In this document: one piece after another, positions 8,328 to 17,497 of the stretch
How positions within the stretch are numbered: position 1 is the first letter of the stretch
Layout of the letters: each line of letters opens with the position of its first letter
IMG/VR virus record: IMGVR_UViG_3300044724_006087
Span: 1 to 57,533 of that record
Reading direction: 5' to 3' (one strand)
Length of the DNA: 57,533 bases
From: a virus
Lineage: Duplodnaviria > Caudoviricetes
Position numbers and translations under genes: made by a program
The notes under the pieces: model-generated
What the model saw: the letters and a program-made list of their open reading frames with translations, nothing else
Databases searched by the model: none
What the model was told of the DNA's origin: nothing

Positions 8328-9218
8328 ATGTCTGATTCATTTCAAGCGCTTAAGCGCAATCGTACTGAGGGCTTTGATAAGCTAACTCAATCATTAAATA
8401 AACTTAACCAAAAGTCTAGCGGACCTGGACCTGATGAGCGTTTCTGGAAACCAGAAGTCGACAAAGCAGGTAACGGATATGCTGTGATTAGGTTCTTGCC
8501 AGAACCAGAAGGTGAGGATGTTCCATTCGTAAGAATTTGGGATCATGGATTCCAAGGACCAGGCGGATGGTTTATTGAAAACTCATTGACTACACTTGGT
8601 CAAAAAGATCCAGTATCTGAATATAACTCAATGTTATGGAACTCAGGTATTGAGTCTAATAAAGAGAAGGCTAGAAAGCAAAAGAGACGTTTATCTTTTA
8701 TTTCTAATATCTATGTTGTTAAAGATCCATCTAATCCAGAAAACGAAGGAAAAGTATTCCTTTACAAGTATGGTAAGAAAATCTTTGATAAGTTGAACGA
8801 GGCTATGAATCCTCAGTTCGAAGATGAGAAGCCAGTAAACCCATTTGACTTATGGGAAGGTGCTGACTTTAAACTTAAAATCAGAAACGTCGAAGGTTAT
8901 AGAAACTACGACAAGTCTGAGCTAGATATTCCTGCTCCTTTGTTTGACGAAGAAGAGGCATTAGAGTCTACATGGAAATCACAGTATAAACTATCTGAGT
9001 TCGTTGATCCTTCTAACTTCAAAACTTATGAAGAGCTTCAAACAAAACTCAATAGGGTACTAGGTTTAGATGGAGCTGCTCCAAGCACTACTGCTGAAAG
9101 CAACTTTGATGCTGAACCACCTGCAGAGATTCCTTCAGCACCAGCTGCTGCTCAACCAGAGTTAGCTTCTGATGATGACGAGTCATTAGACTTCTTTAAG
9201 AAACTAGCAGAAGACTAA
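8328..9218 (+). CDS. 32: single-stranded DNA-binding protein gp32
   Basis: DERFWK..DKAGNGYAVIRFLP, HGFQGPGGWFIENSLTTLG, GKVFLYKYGKKIFDK and an acidic tail; preceded by an AGGAG RBS. Confidence 0.97.
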   Translation: MSDSFQALKRNRTEGFDKLTQSLNKLNQKSSGPGPDERFWKPEVDKAGNGYAVIRFLPEPEGEDVPFVRIWDHGFQGPGGWFIENSLTTLGQKDPVSEYNSMLWNSGIESNKEKARKQKRRLSFISNIYVVKDPSNPENEGKVFLYKYGKKIFDKLNEAMNPQFEDEKPVNPFDLWEGADFKLKIRNVEGYRNYDKSELDIPAPLFDEEEALESTWKSQYKLSEFVDPSNFKTYEELQTKLNRVLGLDGAAPSTTAESNFDAEPPAEIPSAPAAAQPELASDDDESLDFFKKLAED

Positions 9219-9219
9219 T

Positions 9220-9786
9220 ATGGCAAAGGTTCTAGTACTCCTTTCTGGAGGCTGTGAGTCTACAGCATTACTAGAGCATGCAAAGCAAAAAGGACATGAC
9301 GTTATGGCAATGCATGTCCTTTTTTCTGAAACTTCACTTCAAGAAATAGATAGTTGCAAGGAATTTTGCAAATACTATGACGTGCCTTTATACTTTCCGT
9401 CTATTGAAAATAAATCATTTAATAATAAACATCATCTAAGAGCTATCCCTTATGATATTATATCTTGGATATTAATAGCAGCATCATCTGCCATAAGAGC
9501 TCAAGACATTGCGGAAGTTTGGTATGGTGCTTGTTTCAATGATGACTTAACTACTATTGGTAAACTAGATACTTTATGGAAACTTTTGAGAGACGTATCT
9601 GATAAACCAATTAATACGGTTATAAGATCACCTTTATACAAATTTTCTAAAATAGAACAATATACATCAATACCAATAGAAATTAGGAAGCATGTTGTTT
9701 ATTGTTGGAAGGATAGAAAAAACCCTTGTGGCGAATGTAATAAATGTAATGAATGGAAAGAGCAGGGATTAACTAAGCATGGCTAA
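9220..9786 (+). CDS. QueC-like PP-loop ATPase (7-cyano-7-deazaguanine synthase-like)
   Basis: VLLSGGCES PP-loop variant, 'SPL...SK', and C-terminal C...PCGECNKC Zn ligands. Confidence 0.7.
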   Translation: MAKVLVLLSGGCESTALLEHAKQKGHDVMAMHVLFSETSLQEIDSCKEFCKYYDVPLYFPSIENKSFNNKHHLRAIPYDIISWILIAASSAIRAQDIAEVWYGACFNDDLTTIGKLDTLWKLLRDVSDKPINTVIRSPLYKFSKIEQYTSIPIEIRKHVVYCWKDRKNPCGECNKCNEWKEQGLTKHG

Positions 9787-11612
9787 CTAGGTAAACCTGG
9801 ACCTATCTTTCTTTTAAAGTTTGCGTCTGGCTGTCTTGTAACAGTTGTTACATTGCTTACTGATTGATTAGTTGATCCGCCTACGTTATTCATGGTAAAC
9901 CTTCCTTGACCACCGCCAGCATAACCAGCTCTCTTTTCTTCTAACTCTGCTTGTCTATCACTTAGAGTTACGCCTGAAGCTGATCCATTTTGTCTACCTA
10001 ACATAGCAGCTGCATCTTCTTGGAACTCAGCAGCAACAATTCCAGCACCTTTAGTTTGAATAGCTGAATCAATAGCAGATACTACTTTATCCTTTTCAAG
10101 TGTTACTGTTCTACCTCTATCATCTTTAGCAAGGTAATTTCCATCTCCATCTTTACCAGTAACAGTATACTCATCTTTCTTAGCACCTAAGTCCTTAAGT
10201 CCAGATACCTTAATAGGATATATCTCTTTATCACTTACGCTTCTACCTACTCCAACATCAATAGTAGACTCAACTTGTTTAGTTGCATCGGCTCCTGCTT
10301 TATCAGCTCCTTCAGTAGTCTTAGCTGCATCGGCTTCTGCCTCATTTAGATTAGGAGCTTTAGGTTTATCTCCACCACCCATGACGGCATTAAACCCTTT
10401 CATAAATCCTTCTTTAGGAGAAAGACCGCCTGGTAATAATGCTGCAATACCTCCAGCAATACCAGCTGCTAATGCATATGGGAATTTAATTATCTTCATT
10501 GCAACGCTAGAGACGAATTTAAGAACATCAAATACTTTAGCAACAATTCCACCAAATGAGAAATCAAAACTATTAAGTTTTTCTTTGACGCCTTCAAATC
10601 CTAATGCACCTGCAATCCAACCTATAATATTTTTAACTAAGTTAAGCGGTGCAGCAATTAAGAAATCTAATAAACCAGTTATTGCTCCTTGTAGACCACC
10701 GAGTATCTTATCAAATAAAGATCCTTCTGTCTCTACAAATCCAGTTATGAATCCTTTTATGGTTTCAAATAAACCAAGCAATAATAATAATGGATAGAAT
10801 ATTTTACTTACAACAGCTGCTACTTTACCTGCTATAGTTACCACATTCTTAAAGAAACCAAATATTGTTCCAAATATTTTAAACACTCTTCCAAAGAATG
10901 ATCCAATAGACTTAAAGAAGTTTCCTATCCTAGCAAATCCTTTAGCAAGTGCACCACCTTTAAAGTTAGCTTTTAGTCCTTTAAAGAAGTTAGCAAAAGT
11001 TGTACTTAAGGTTTTGATGAATCCTCTGTTGAATACAAACTTTAATGCTTTAAACCAACCTGAAAATATACCTGCTATTGTACCTATAACACCACCTAAT
11101 ATAGCTGCCAGTGCACCCATTAGGCCTCTATCACCTTTACCTTTCTTTTCAGGTCTACCTGTTTGTCCTTCACCAGGAGGAGGAGACGGCGGAGCCATTC
11201 CACCGCTATCATCTAATACTTCTTCGCCTCTTTCTCTTTCTGCATCAGCTAATACTAAAGTGTGTTCTGATGTCTCCTTCGTGGCGTCTCTTATTTCTTT
11301 TAAAAGTTCAACTACTTCGCCATCATTACCTTCACCAAGAGGACCCTCTTCTTTTTCAGCATCAGGTGCTTCAGGGTTTACTAATTCTTCTTCAGCATCA
11401 GCTGCATCTCTTTCTAAATCGAGTTCAGCTTTAGCTACTAAGTCTCCTAGATACTTAACTGATTGAGTTGTTCTTAATCTGATTGCGCCTAATTGATCAC
11501 TGGCGTCTTTTGTGTTTGTTGCTACTTTGAATAATAGACCGCTGACGAGACCTTTGATCTCGGTTACGATACCTTCGACGTTACCGCCACCTTCGCCAAC
11601 AGGAAGTGCCAT
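9783..11612 (-). CDS. tape-measure / baseplate hub protein (gp29-like)
   Basis: 609 aa with a Gly/Ala/Phe-rich amphipathic middle; located beside gp51/gp26; similar in length to T4 gp29. Confidence 0.55.
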   Translation of the reverse strand: MALPVGEGGGNVEGIVTEIKGLVSGLLFKVATNTKDASDQLGAIRLRTTQSVKYLGDLVAKAELDLERDAADAEEELVNPEAPDAEKEEGPLGEGNDGEVVELLKEIRDATKETSEHTLVLADAERERGEEVLDDSGGMAPPSPPPGEGQTGRPEKKGKGDRGLMGALAAILGGVIGTIAGIFSGWFKALKFVFNRGFIKTLSTTFANFFKGLKANFKGGALAKGFARIGNFFKSIGSFFGRVFKIFGTIFGFFKNVVTIAGKVAAVVSKIFYPLLLLLGLFETIKGFITGFVETEGSLFDKILGGLQGAITGLLDFLIAAPLNLVKNIIGWIAGALGFEGVKEKLNSFDFSFGGIVAKVFDVLKFVSSVAMKIIKFPYALAAGIAGGIAALLPGGLSPKEGFMKGFNAVMGGGDKPKAPNLNEAEADAAKTTEGADKAGADATKQVESTIDVGVGRSVSDKEIYPIKVSGLKDLGAKKDEYTVTGKDGDGNYLAKDDRGRTVTLEKDKVVSAIDSAIQTKGAGIVAAEFQEDAAAMLGRQNGSASGVTLSDRQAELEEKRAGYAGGGQGRFTMNNVGGSTNQSVSNVTTVTRQPDANFKRKIGPGLPS

Positions 11613-11932
11613 TATTTTTTACCTAAAGCCTGAGCACCAAAGAATGCTGCCACAATACCAGCTACTGCAATAAAGTATACACCAGCCATATCACCTAATA
11701 TCTTAGCACCATCTTCTAATCCAAATATATTAGAACCTACTACCATTACTGGATACAGTAGCATTCCATATAATGAATACCATGCCATTTGTCTTTGAGC
11801 ATCACGCATAGCGTCTGCATCTTCAAGTTCTTTTCTTTTGAACTCCATATACATTTCATGCTCTGCTTTTGAAACTTTTCCATCACCATTTGTATCTGCT
11901 GGGTGGAACTCTTTTTTTACTTCTTCTGCCAT
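11612..11932 (-). CDS. small two-TM membrane protein with an N-terminal EF-hand (holin-like)
   Basis: DTNGDGKVSKAE is a canonical EF-hand loop; it is followed by two hydrophobic segments and a basic C-terminus. Confidence 0.6.
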   Translation of the reverse strand: MAEEVKKEFHPADTNGDGKVSKAEHEMYMEFKRKELEDADAMRDAQRQMAWYSLYGMLLYPVMVVGSNIFGLEDGAKILGDMAGVYFIAVAGIVAAFFGAQALGKK

Positions 11933-12135
11933 TATTTGAAACTCCTATTCATCTTCTGTTGTTGGGCTTCATGTCTCTCTTTTTCTTTCTGAAGCCATTC
12001 TTGTAACATCGCAACGTAAATATCCCTTTCATAGGGTATCAAATTTTCAATTTCTGTTATACTATATTTATGATGCTGAACCAGTGCAAAGACCGTTGAA
12101 TAGTAGTTTGCCAGCGAATTATGGCTCAGCAACAT
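11932..12135 (-). CDS. 51: baseplate hub assembly protein gp51-like
   Basis: 'SLANYY...FALVQHHKYSITEIENLIPYERDIYV.ML', directly after gp26. Confidence 0.85.
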   Translation of the reverse strand: MLLSHNSLANYYSTVFALVQHHKYSITEIENLIPYERDIYVAMLQEWLQKEKERHEAQQQKMNRSFK

Positions 12136-12842
12136 TAAAAAAAATCGCCTACTCCATTGAGTACGATTTTTCTTTTCTTGTCATTCTTATTAACATAGTT
12201 TAGCTCATATGTGAGTCTAGGCAATGTATCAAAGAATTCTTTTAACTTTTCAAATCTTTTTATATCAAAGCTCTTAACAAAATCAAGTGCTTCTTTCTTG
12301 GTAAAGTCATCGTATACGTTATCTTCATCATATACTTTAACCAGACATCCAGCAATAAGTTTAAATATCTCTTCTGTTTCAACATCACCGTCTCCGACAT
12401 TCATTCCTGCTTTAGTCATAATTCCAATAGTAGGATCTTTTAACTCAATAGTAATTTTGTCGTCGAGGACAATCTCATTAACATGATTATCAAACGTTGT
12501 TGCTGTCAATTCATCTAGATCAACGTTAAACTTGTAAAGCTCATTGTCTTCTTTGTCTCTATATTGTAGCTCAACAACATTTTGAACAGACTTTGATCTA
12601 AGCTGAATGAATAACATTTCTAAATCCACAGAAGGTAATTCATCTATATCAATATCTTCTGGGCTAATAACTACATTATTAATTATTTGCTTCATTGCTT
12701 TAATCTGAGCTGCAACGTCAGCCTCTTTACCAACAAGCAATAGCTTTTCTTCTTTAACTAAAAAAGGTCTGAATGTGACATCTATTCCTGAAATTGGTAA
12801 TGTGTAATCAAATGTAGGCGTATCAATTTTTGGTAAAGCCAT
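12135..12842 (-). CDS. 26: baseplate hub subunit gp26
   Basis: MALPKI..P, 'FRPFLVKEEKLLL', 'LFIQLRSKS', 'FFDTLP', C-terminal 'G..DFF'. Confidence 0.92.
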   Translation of the reverse strand: MALPKIDTPTFDYTLPISGIDVTFRPFLVKEEKLLLVGKEADVAAQIKAMKQIINNVVISPEDIDIDELPSVDLEMLFIQLRSKSVQNVVELQYRDKEDNELYKFNVDLDELTATTFDNHVNEIVLDDKITIELKDPTIGIMTKAGMNVGDGDVETEEIFKLIAGCLVKVYDEDNVYDDFTKKEALDFVKSFDIKRFEKLKEFFDTLPRLTYELNYVNKNDKKRKIVLNGVGDFF

Positions 12843-12857
12843 TATATTTCTCCATTA

Positions 12858-13697
12858 TTAATTGTTCTTTCCGCCAAGTGCTCCTAGGAAAGTTTGTGCA
12901 TTACTGACTATATTTATAGCGTCTCCTACATTGTTAGGAGTTTTCATAGAAGAGATTAATGAAGTACCGGCAGTACCTAATCTAATCAATCTTTCAAAAC
13001 CACCAAGTGCCCTGTCAGTAGCAGGCCCTGGTCCTTCTTGTAAATCTGTTGTCCAATATCTTAACTGGAAGTTAACTTGGACTCTTGCAAACTCATCGTT
13101 TTGCTGCCAACCCATAGTAACATCACCTAGTACGCTAGGCCATACTTCATGAGCTGTAAGTGTTAATATTTTATTTGCTGAGACATCATAAGTTGTAATA
13201 TCCATTTTGCCAATATAGTTTTCTCTATAATATTGCTCACCAAACTGAGCACCATTTCTTTCACCTAATGGTTTAGATGCATCCATATTGATTACATTAT
13301 AGACCCACTCTTGGAAAAAGTTTAAATTACGACCATTTTGATCTAACATAAAACTTGCAGAGATTTCTGATGGCAATAATCTACCTGGTCTTCTATCATA
13401 CGGTCCAACTCCAAGTCTTGATATATCTGAAGGGTTAATTGATAGACCAGGCAAGTTAACTGCATCACAGAAAAAAGTTAATGATCTAGGTGTTTCTGTT
13501 CCTGTCCAAGACCAACCAGGACCAGGATAGATAGTCACGACATATCTATTAGCTCTCATTAAGCTATTTGTTGATTGTAGTTCTGACTTAAACTTATCTA
13601 AGTTAAATTCTTTTTGATTACCTTCACGAGGTTTCTCAAGACCAATACCCTTGCCTAAGTTAAATAGATTTTTTGCTATGTCTGCTATCTTTGCCAT
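12858..13697 (-). CDS. tail tube / baseplate-tail tube initiator (gp54/gp19-like)
   Basis: 'RANRYVV', 'CDAVNLPG', 'FFQEW', 'HEVWPSVLG.V.MGW...EFARVQVNF' fit the tube fold; located next to gp2/gp4. Confidence 0.75.
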   Translation of the reverse strand: MAKIADIAKNLFNLGKGIGLEKPREGNQKEFNLDKFKSELQSTNSLMRANRYVVTIYPGPGWSWTGTETPRSLTFFCDAVNLPGLSINPSDISRLGVGPYDRRPGRLLPSEISASFMLDQNGRNLNFFQEWVYNVINMDASKPLGERNGAQFGEQYYRENYIGKMDITTYDVSANKILTLTAHEVWPSVLGDVTMGWQQNDEFARVQVNFQLRYWTTDLQEGPGPATDRALGGFERLIRLGTAGTSLISSMKTPNNVGDAINIVSNAQTFLGALGGKNN

Positions 13698-14359
13698 TAT
13701 TGATTTCTTTTTCTTCTCTCTGTTAAAGAGTCTCTGTATATTCTATTTATGCCAGCTTTCCTAAATCGTGCGAGTGGCATCATCATAATAAAGTCCCATG
13801 CTTTAGGAGGAACGTAAAGATATTGTCCAACAACTCTTTGCATGTTATACCTTTTCCACATAGGCTTAAATGACATGAGGTTTCTTCTCTTCTTCATAAA
13901 CTCAAAATTGACTCTAGGCGCTAGCTTTCCTCTAATACTTGTAGCAAGTTCGTCTCCTGTAACACCTGGATTCATAACATATGGAAACAGCTCATTCATT
14001 AACTCAGCTCTATAGATAGGAGGTAAGTAATGAAAGTTTAATCCTTGGAAGTAATCTTTTTTTTCATATACATTTAACACCAATACAACTGGGAACATAT
14101 CATAGTAATCAGCATTTTGTTTTGATATTGGATTTCTATAATTAAACATATACATCCTACCAGGTAAAAGTCTTTTTGTTCTACCTGCGCTTTGCAATAG
14201 CTGCATAGGATTGTTTTTAGCCTCTTCTTCACCGAGCTCTCTCAATCGTTTGATAGGGTCACCTTCAAACTTTTTATACATTTCTTTCATCGACTTGAAT
14301 TCAAAATCAAATTCTTCCGATGTCATCTTAATAGCTTTTTGAAAAAAGTATGCTGGCAT
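13697..14359 (-). CDS. 2: DNA end protector gp2
   Basis: 'PGRMYMFNY', 'YYDMFP.V', 'GLNFHYLPP..R', 'KRY'. Confidence 0.9.
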   Translation of the reverse strand: MPAYFFQKAIKMTSEEFDFEFKSMKEMYKKFEGDPIKRLRELGEEEAKNNPMQLLQSAGRTKRLLPGRMYMFNYRNPISKQNADYYDMFPVVLVLNVYEKKDYFQGLNFHYLPPIYRAELMNELFPYVMNPGVTGDELATSIRGKLAPRVNFEFMKKRRNLMSFKPMWKRYNMQRVVGQYLYVPPKAWDFIMMMPLARFRKAGINRIYRDSLTERRKRNQ

Positions 14360-14787
14360 TATCCTAGTACTCCAAGATCATCTTGTGTCATTATCATGAA
14401 CTTCATTCCTTTATTATTACAAAACTCTTCTGCTACCTCAAACTTACGCTGATTAACAGCAAATTGTGCAACCTCTTGAACATATCTTTTGGTTCTTCTT
14501 TTAGGTTTAGGTGGAGGTACTAAATGTTGTTTAGGCTTAACTTCAATTACCATTTGAGTACCATCATCCTTTTCGACCCAGAAATCTGGGAAATATCTAT
14601 GCATTCTCCTATCAATAGGACTTCTGTATGGTATACAAAACTCCTCAGAAGCCCATTTTATTATCTGAGTATGAGAATCTAAGTATTTCATTAGCTTGAG
14701 CTCCCACAAACTTCTATAAATAATATTATTAGGATCACCTTTATATTTTTTGGGATTTCGAGCAACAAATTTTCCTGAATAAGCCAT
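14359..14787 (-). CDS. 4: head completion nuclease gp4
   Basis: MAYSGKF..NP.KYKGD...IIYRSLWE, WASEE, HRYFPDF, IEVKP. Confidence 0.95.
   Translation of the reverse strand: MAYSGKFVARNPKKYKGDPNNIIYRSLWELKLMKYLDSHTQIIKWASEEFCIPYRSPIDRRMHRYFPDFWVEKDDGTQMVIEVKPKQHLVPPPKPKRRTKRYVQEVAQFAVNQRKFEVAEEFCNNKGMKFMIMTQDDLGVLG
14715..14722 (+). promoter_or_regulatory. T4-type late promoter for the gp48-gp53-gp5 operon
   Basis: Exact TATAAATA about 90 nt upstream of gp48. A divergent near-match (AATAAATA on the minus strand, 14793-14800) lies just upstream of gp4. Confidence 0.6.
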
Positions 14788-14811
14788 AAGGGTATTTATT
14801 AGAGATTACGT

Positions 14812-15681
14812 ATGAGCGACGCAATAAAGGCAGGCAGAAGAAATGCGGGAACAGTATTCCCGACAAAAGCTATTGCAGAAAAAGATAGTTCTGTAAAATT
14901 AATGCAGTTTCCTTCAGACTTAGGAACACATCAGTTTATCATGAACTTTGTCAGATTCTCACTAGCTGGGAAAGCACAACCACCAAACACGGATGTAATT
15001 ACATCTGTAGCATTACCTATTCCAGGACAAGGTATAACGGATAAGATTGGTGTAAAGTATAACCAAGATGAGTTAGGAGTTGTTGGAGGTTCTTTAATTG
15101 GAGCAGTGGCTTCAGCTGCTAATGCAGTAGAAGCAGCACAGGCAATGGATCCAGTTTCATTATCTGCAGAAGGTGCTTTAAAAGACATGATACAAGGCGG
15201 TGCTGCAGCTGGTAGATCTGCTATTAATGAATTAGGTATGGGTGTTGGAGGAGCAGCAGACCAGGCATTTGGTAATATTGTAAATCCTCACGTTGTACTT
15301 TTATTCAAAAACGTGGACTTAAAAACGTTTACATTACAGTGGAAGTTCGCTCCTTCAGATGCAGAAGAATCTAAAACACTTTGGCAAATACTTAACAAGA
15401 TAAGAGAGCATGCTCATCCAAGACAACAATCAACATACAATGACGCTAACTTTTTTATGAATTATCCAGATCAAGTAGACTTATATTATGAAGGTGTTGG
15501 TGAATATTTACATTACTTCAAAAGAAGTGCAATAACAGGTATGGATGTAAACTATCAACCAGAGGGCGAAAATATGTTCTTTGCTGGAACTAAAGCACCA
15601 ACAAGAATTGATTTATCTTTATCATTCCAAGAAACAGAAATATGGACTGCTGAAGATTATCAAAATTCGGAGATTAGATAA
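14812..15681 (+). CDS. 48: baseplate tail-tube cap gp48
   Basis: 'VALPIP', 'NPHVVLLF..V.LKTF...WKFAP....ES', 'P..IDLSLSFQE.EI.T'. Confidence 0.85.
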   Translation: MSDAIKAGRRNAGTVFPTKAIAEKDSSVKLMQFPSDLGTHQFIMNFVRFSLAGKAQPPNTDVITSVALPIPGQGITDKIGVKYNQDELGVVGGSLIGAVASAANAVEAAQAMDPVSLSAEGALKDMIQGGAAAGRSAINELGMGVGGAADQAFGNIVNPHVVLLFKNVDLKTFTLQWKFAPSDAEESKTLWQILNKIREHAHPRQQSTYNDANFFMNYPDQVDLYYEGVGEYLHYFKRSAITGMDVNYQPEGENMFFAGTKAPTRIDLSLSFQETEIWTAEDYQNSEIR

Positions 15682-16244
15682 TGGCTATTAAAGGATACTT
15701 CAACAATATACCAAGTATACAATATGGAAGCAAGGTAGCTAGAAATCTTTTAGCTAGACCAATAATTAAAACTAAAATACTTGCTAATCCTACATTAATA
15801 TATGATTATACTATACAAGATGGTCAAAGACCGGATCAAATAGCAGATGCATATTACGGAAATGTTAACTTCGTATGGCTAATATTCTTAGCAAATAACA
15901 TTGTAGACCCATATTATGATTGGCCATTGACATCAAATCAATTTGAGGATTTTATAATTGACAAATATGGATCAGTAGAAGATTCTAAAAAAATTGCTTC
16001 AACAACTAATATAGTTCATTATAAACATAATACAAAAGGCACAATCATATCCAAAGATTCTTATGATAGCGGTACATATACTTGGAGCAAGTTGTACGGA
16101 CAGACTGGAAACTATACAGCTGTAAGACAATATGAATATGAACTTGAACTTAATGAGGCTAAAAGAAATATTAAGTTAATTGATAGAAGAGTAGCAAACA
16201 AGGCTTTTGATGTACTTAGAGAAGCTATGATAGAGAATGGATAA
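15681..16244 (+). CDS. 53: baseplate wedge gp53
   Basis: YF...P.I.Y, 'Y.IQDGQRPDQIA..YYG....WLI.LANNIVDPYYDWPL', 'YE..LNEAKR.IKL'. Confidence 0.92.
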   Translation: MAIKGYFNNIPSIQYGSKVARNLLARPIIKTKILANPTLIYDYTIQDGQRPDQIADAYYGNVNFVWLIFLANNIVDPYYDWPLTSNQFEDFIIDKYGSVEDSKKIASTTNIVHYKHNTKGTIISKDSYDSGTYTWSKLYGQTGNYTAVRQYEYELELNEAKRNIKLIDRRVANKAFDVLREAMIENG

Positions 16245-17497
16245 TGTCAGCAGGATTCGTTGTAAATCAATATGAGTTATTAGACTCAGTAAAGATAAAA
16301 CACGCAGGCGGTGAAGTAGATGTTACTTCTATTATGGCACTGTGCTCAATAAAAGAGGACTTTGAGTATGAAGAAGTAAGAGCTCAAATGGTAGTAATGG
16401 ATAGCTCGGGTGGTTTAGATGCAATAGAGTTTGATGGCACTGAAACATTTAAGATAAGTTTTAGCAGCACACAAGAAGATGATAAAATAATATCTCTGCT
16501 GTTTAGAATATATAAAGTTGATTACAAAATAGACGAAGAAAAGACTGATGTAAAAATTTATACTTTTGATGCGTTTACGCCAGAATGTATGAAACAATCA
16601 TCTATGGACATAAACCAATCGTTTAAATCTAATATTCATAAATCAGTCAAACACGTATTTGATAAGTTAGGTACGGACAAGAAAATAAACATACACGAGA
16701 CAACTGGTTCTTATACCTATATTGTTCCAGGAATGACTCCGTTTGAAACTATGGACTTCTTTGCTAGAAGAGCTTACGATTCAAACTATAGAGCATCAGC
16801 TTTTTTATTTTATGAAAACGTAGATGGATATAACTTTAAAAATTTAGAAAGAGTTATTGCAGAAGAGAGAGGCAATGCAATAGAGTATAAGTATACTCCT
16901 ACATCAACAGTACCAGATCCTGACCCTCAGCACACTATAACTCAAATGGACTTACCTTCTAATAAAGATGTAATGGAAAAGATAATGAGTGGTGCATATG
17001 CAAGTGCAGTTAGAGAAATTGATCTTATTAATCAAAGAGTAAACTCATCTACAGTTAGAGTAAAAGAAGATTTTGTTACGTTTGAACATTTAGATGATGT
17101 TGCTATGTCATTAGACTCAAAAGCAATAATAGACGAGCACTTAAATACTATTAATAGTACTCAATGGATTAACAATATAGGCGTTGATGATAAAAGAAAA
17201 GAACTTATACCTAGAAGAAAATTTTATCTTGATTGCTTAAATCAAGTATCTTTAACCTTAACAGTACCAGGTAATTCTAATTTAACACTTGGTAAAGTAT
17301 TAGACTTAAACATATTAGAGATGTCTGGTAAGACACAAGACAAAGGACAAGAACCTAAGATATCTGGTAAATACTTAATAACATCTGTAGCACATAACTT
17401 AATAGGCAAAGAATACTTGTGCACAGTAAGATGCAATAAAGAAAGTTATAAAGCAAATTCAGATAACTTAGAAAACAATATAGTGGTGAAACAATAA
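16244..17497 (+). CDS. baseplate hub protein (gp27-like)
   Basis: Located between gp53 and gp5; 'FLFYENVDGYNFK', 'VPGNSNLTLG', 'SGKYLITSVAH'. Confidence 0.7.
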   Translation: MSAGFVVNQYELLDSVKIKHAGGEVDVTSIMALCSIKEDFEYEEVRAQMVVMDSSGGLDAIEFDGTETFKISFSSTQEDDKIISLLFRIYKVDYKIDEEKTDVKIYTFDAFTPECMKQSSMDINQSFKSNIHKSVKHVFDKLGTDKKINIHETTGSYTYIVPGMTPFETMDFFARRAYDSNYRASAFLFYENVDGYNFKNLERVIAEERGNAIEYKYTPTSTVPDPDPQHTITQMDLPSNKDVMEKIMSGAYASAVREIDLINQRVNSSTVRVKEDFVTFEHLDDVAMSLDSKAIIDEHLNTINSTQWINNIGVDDKRKELIPRRKFYLDCLNQVSLTLTVPGNSNLTLGKVLDLNILEMSGKTQDKGQEPKISGKYLITSVAHNLIGKEYLCTVRCNKESYKANSDNLENNIVVKQ

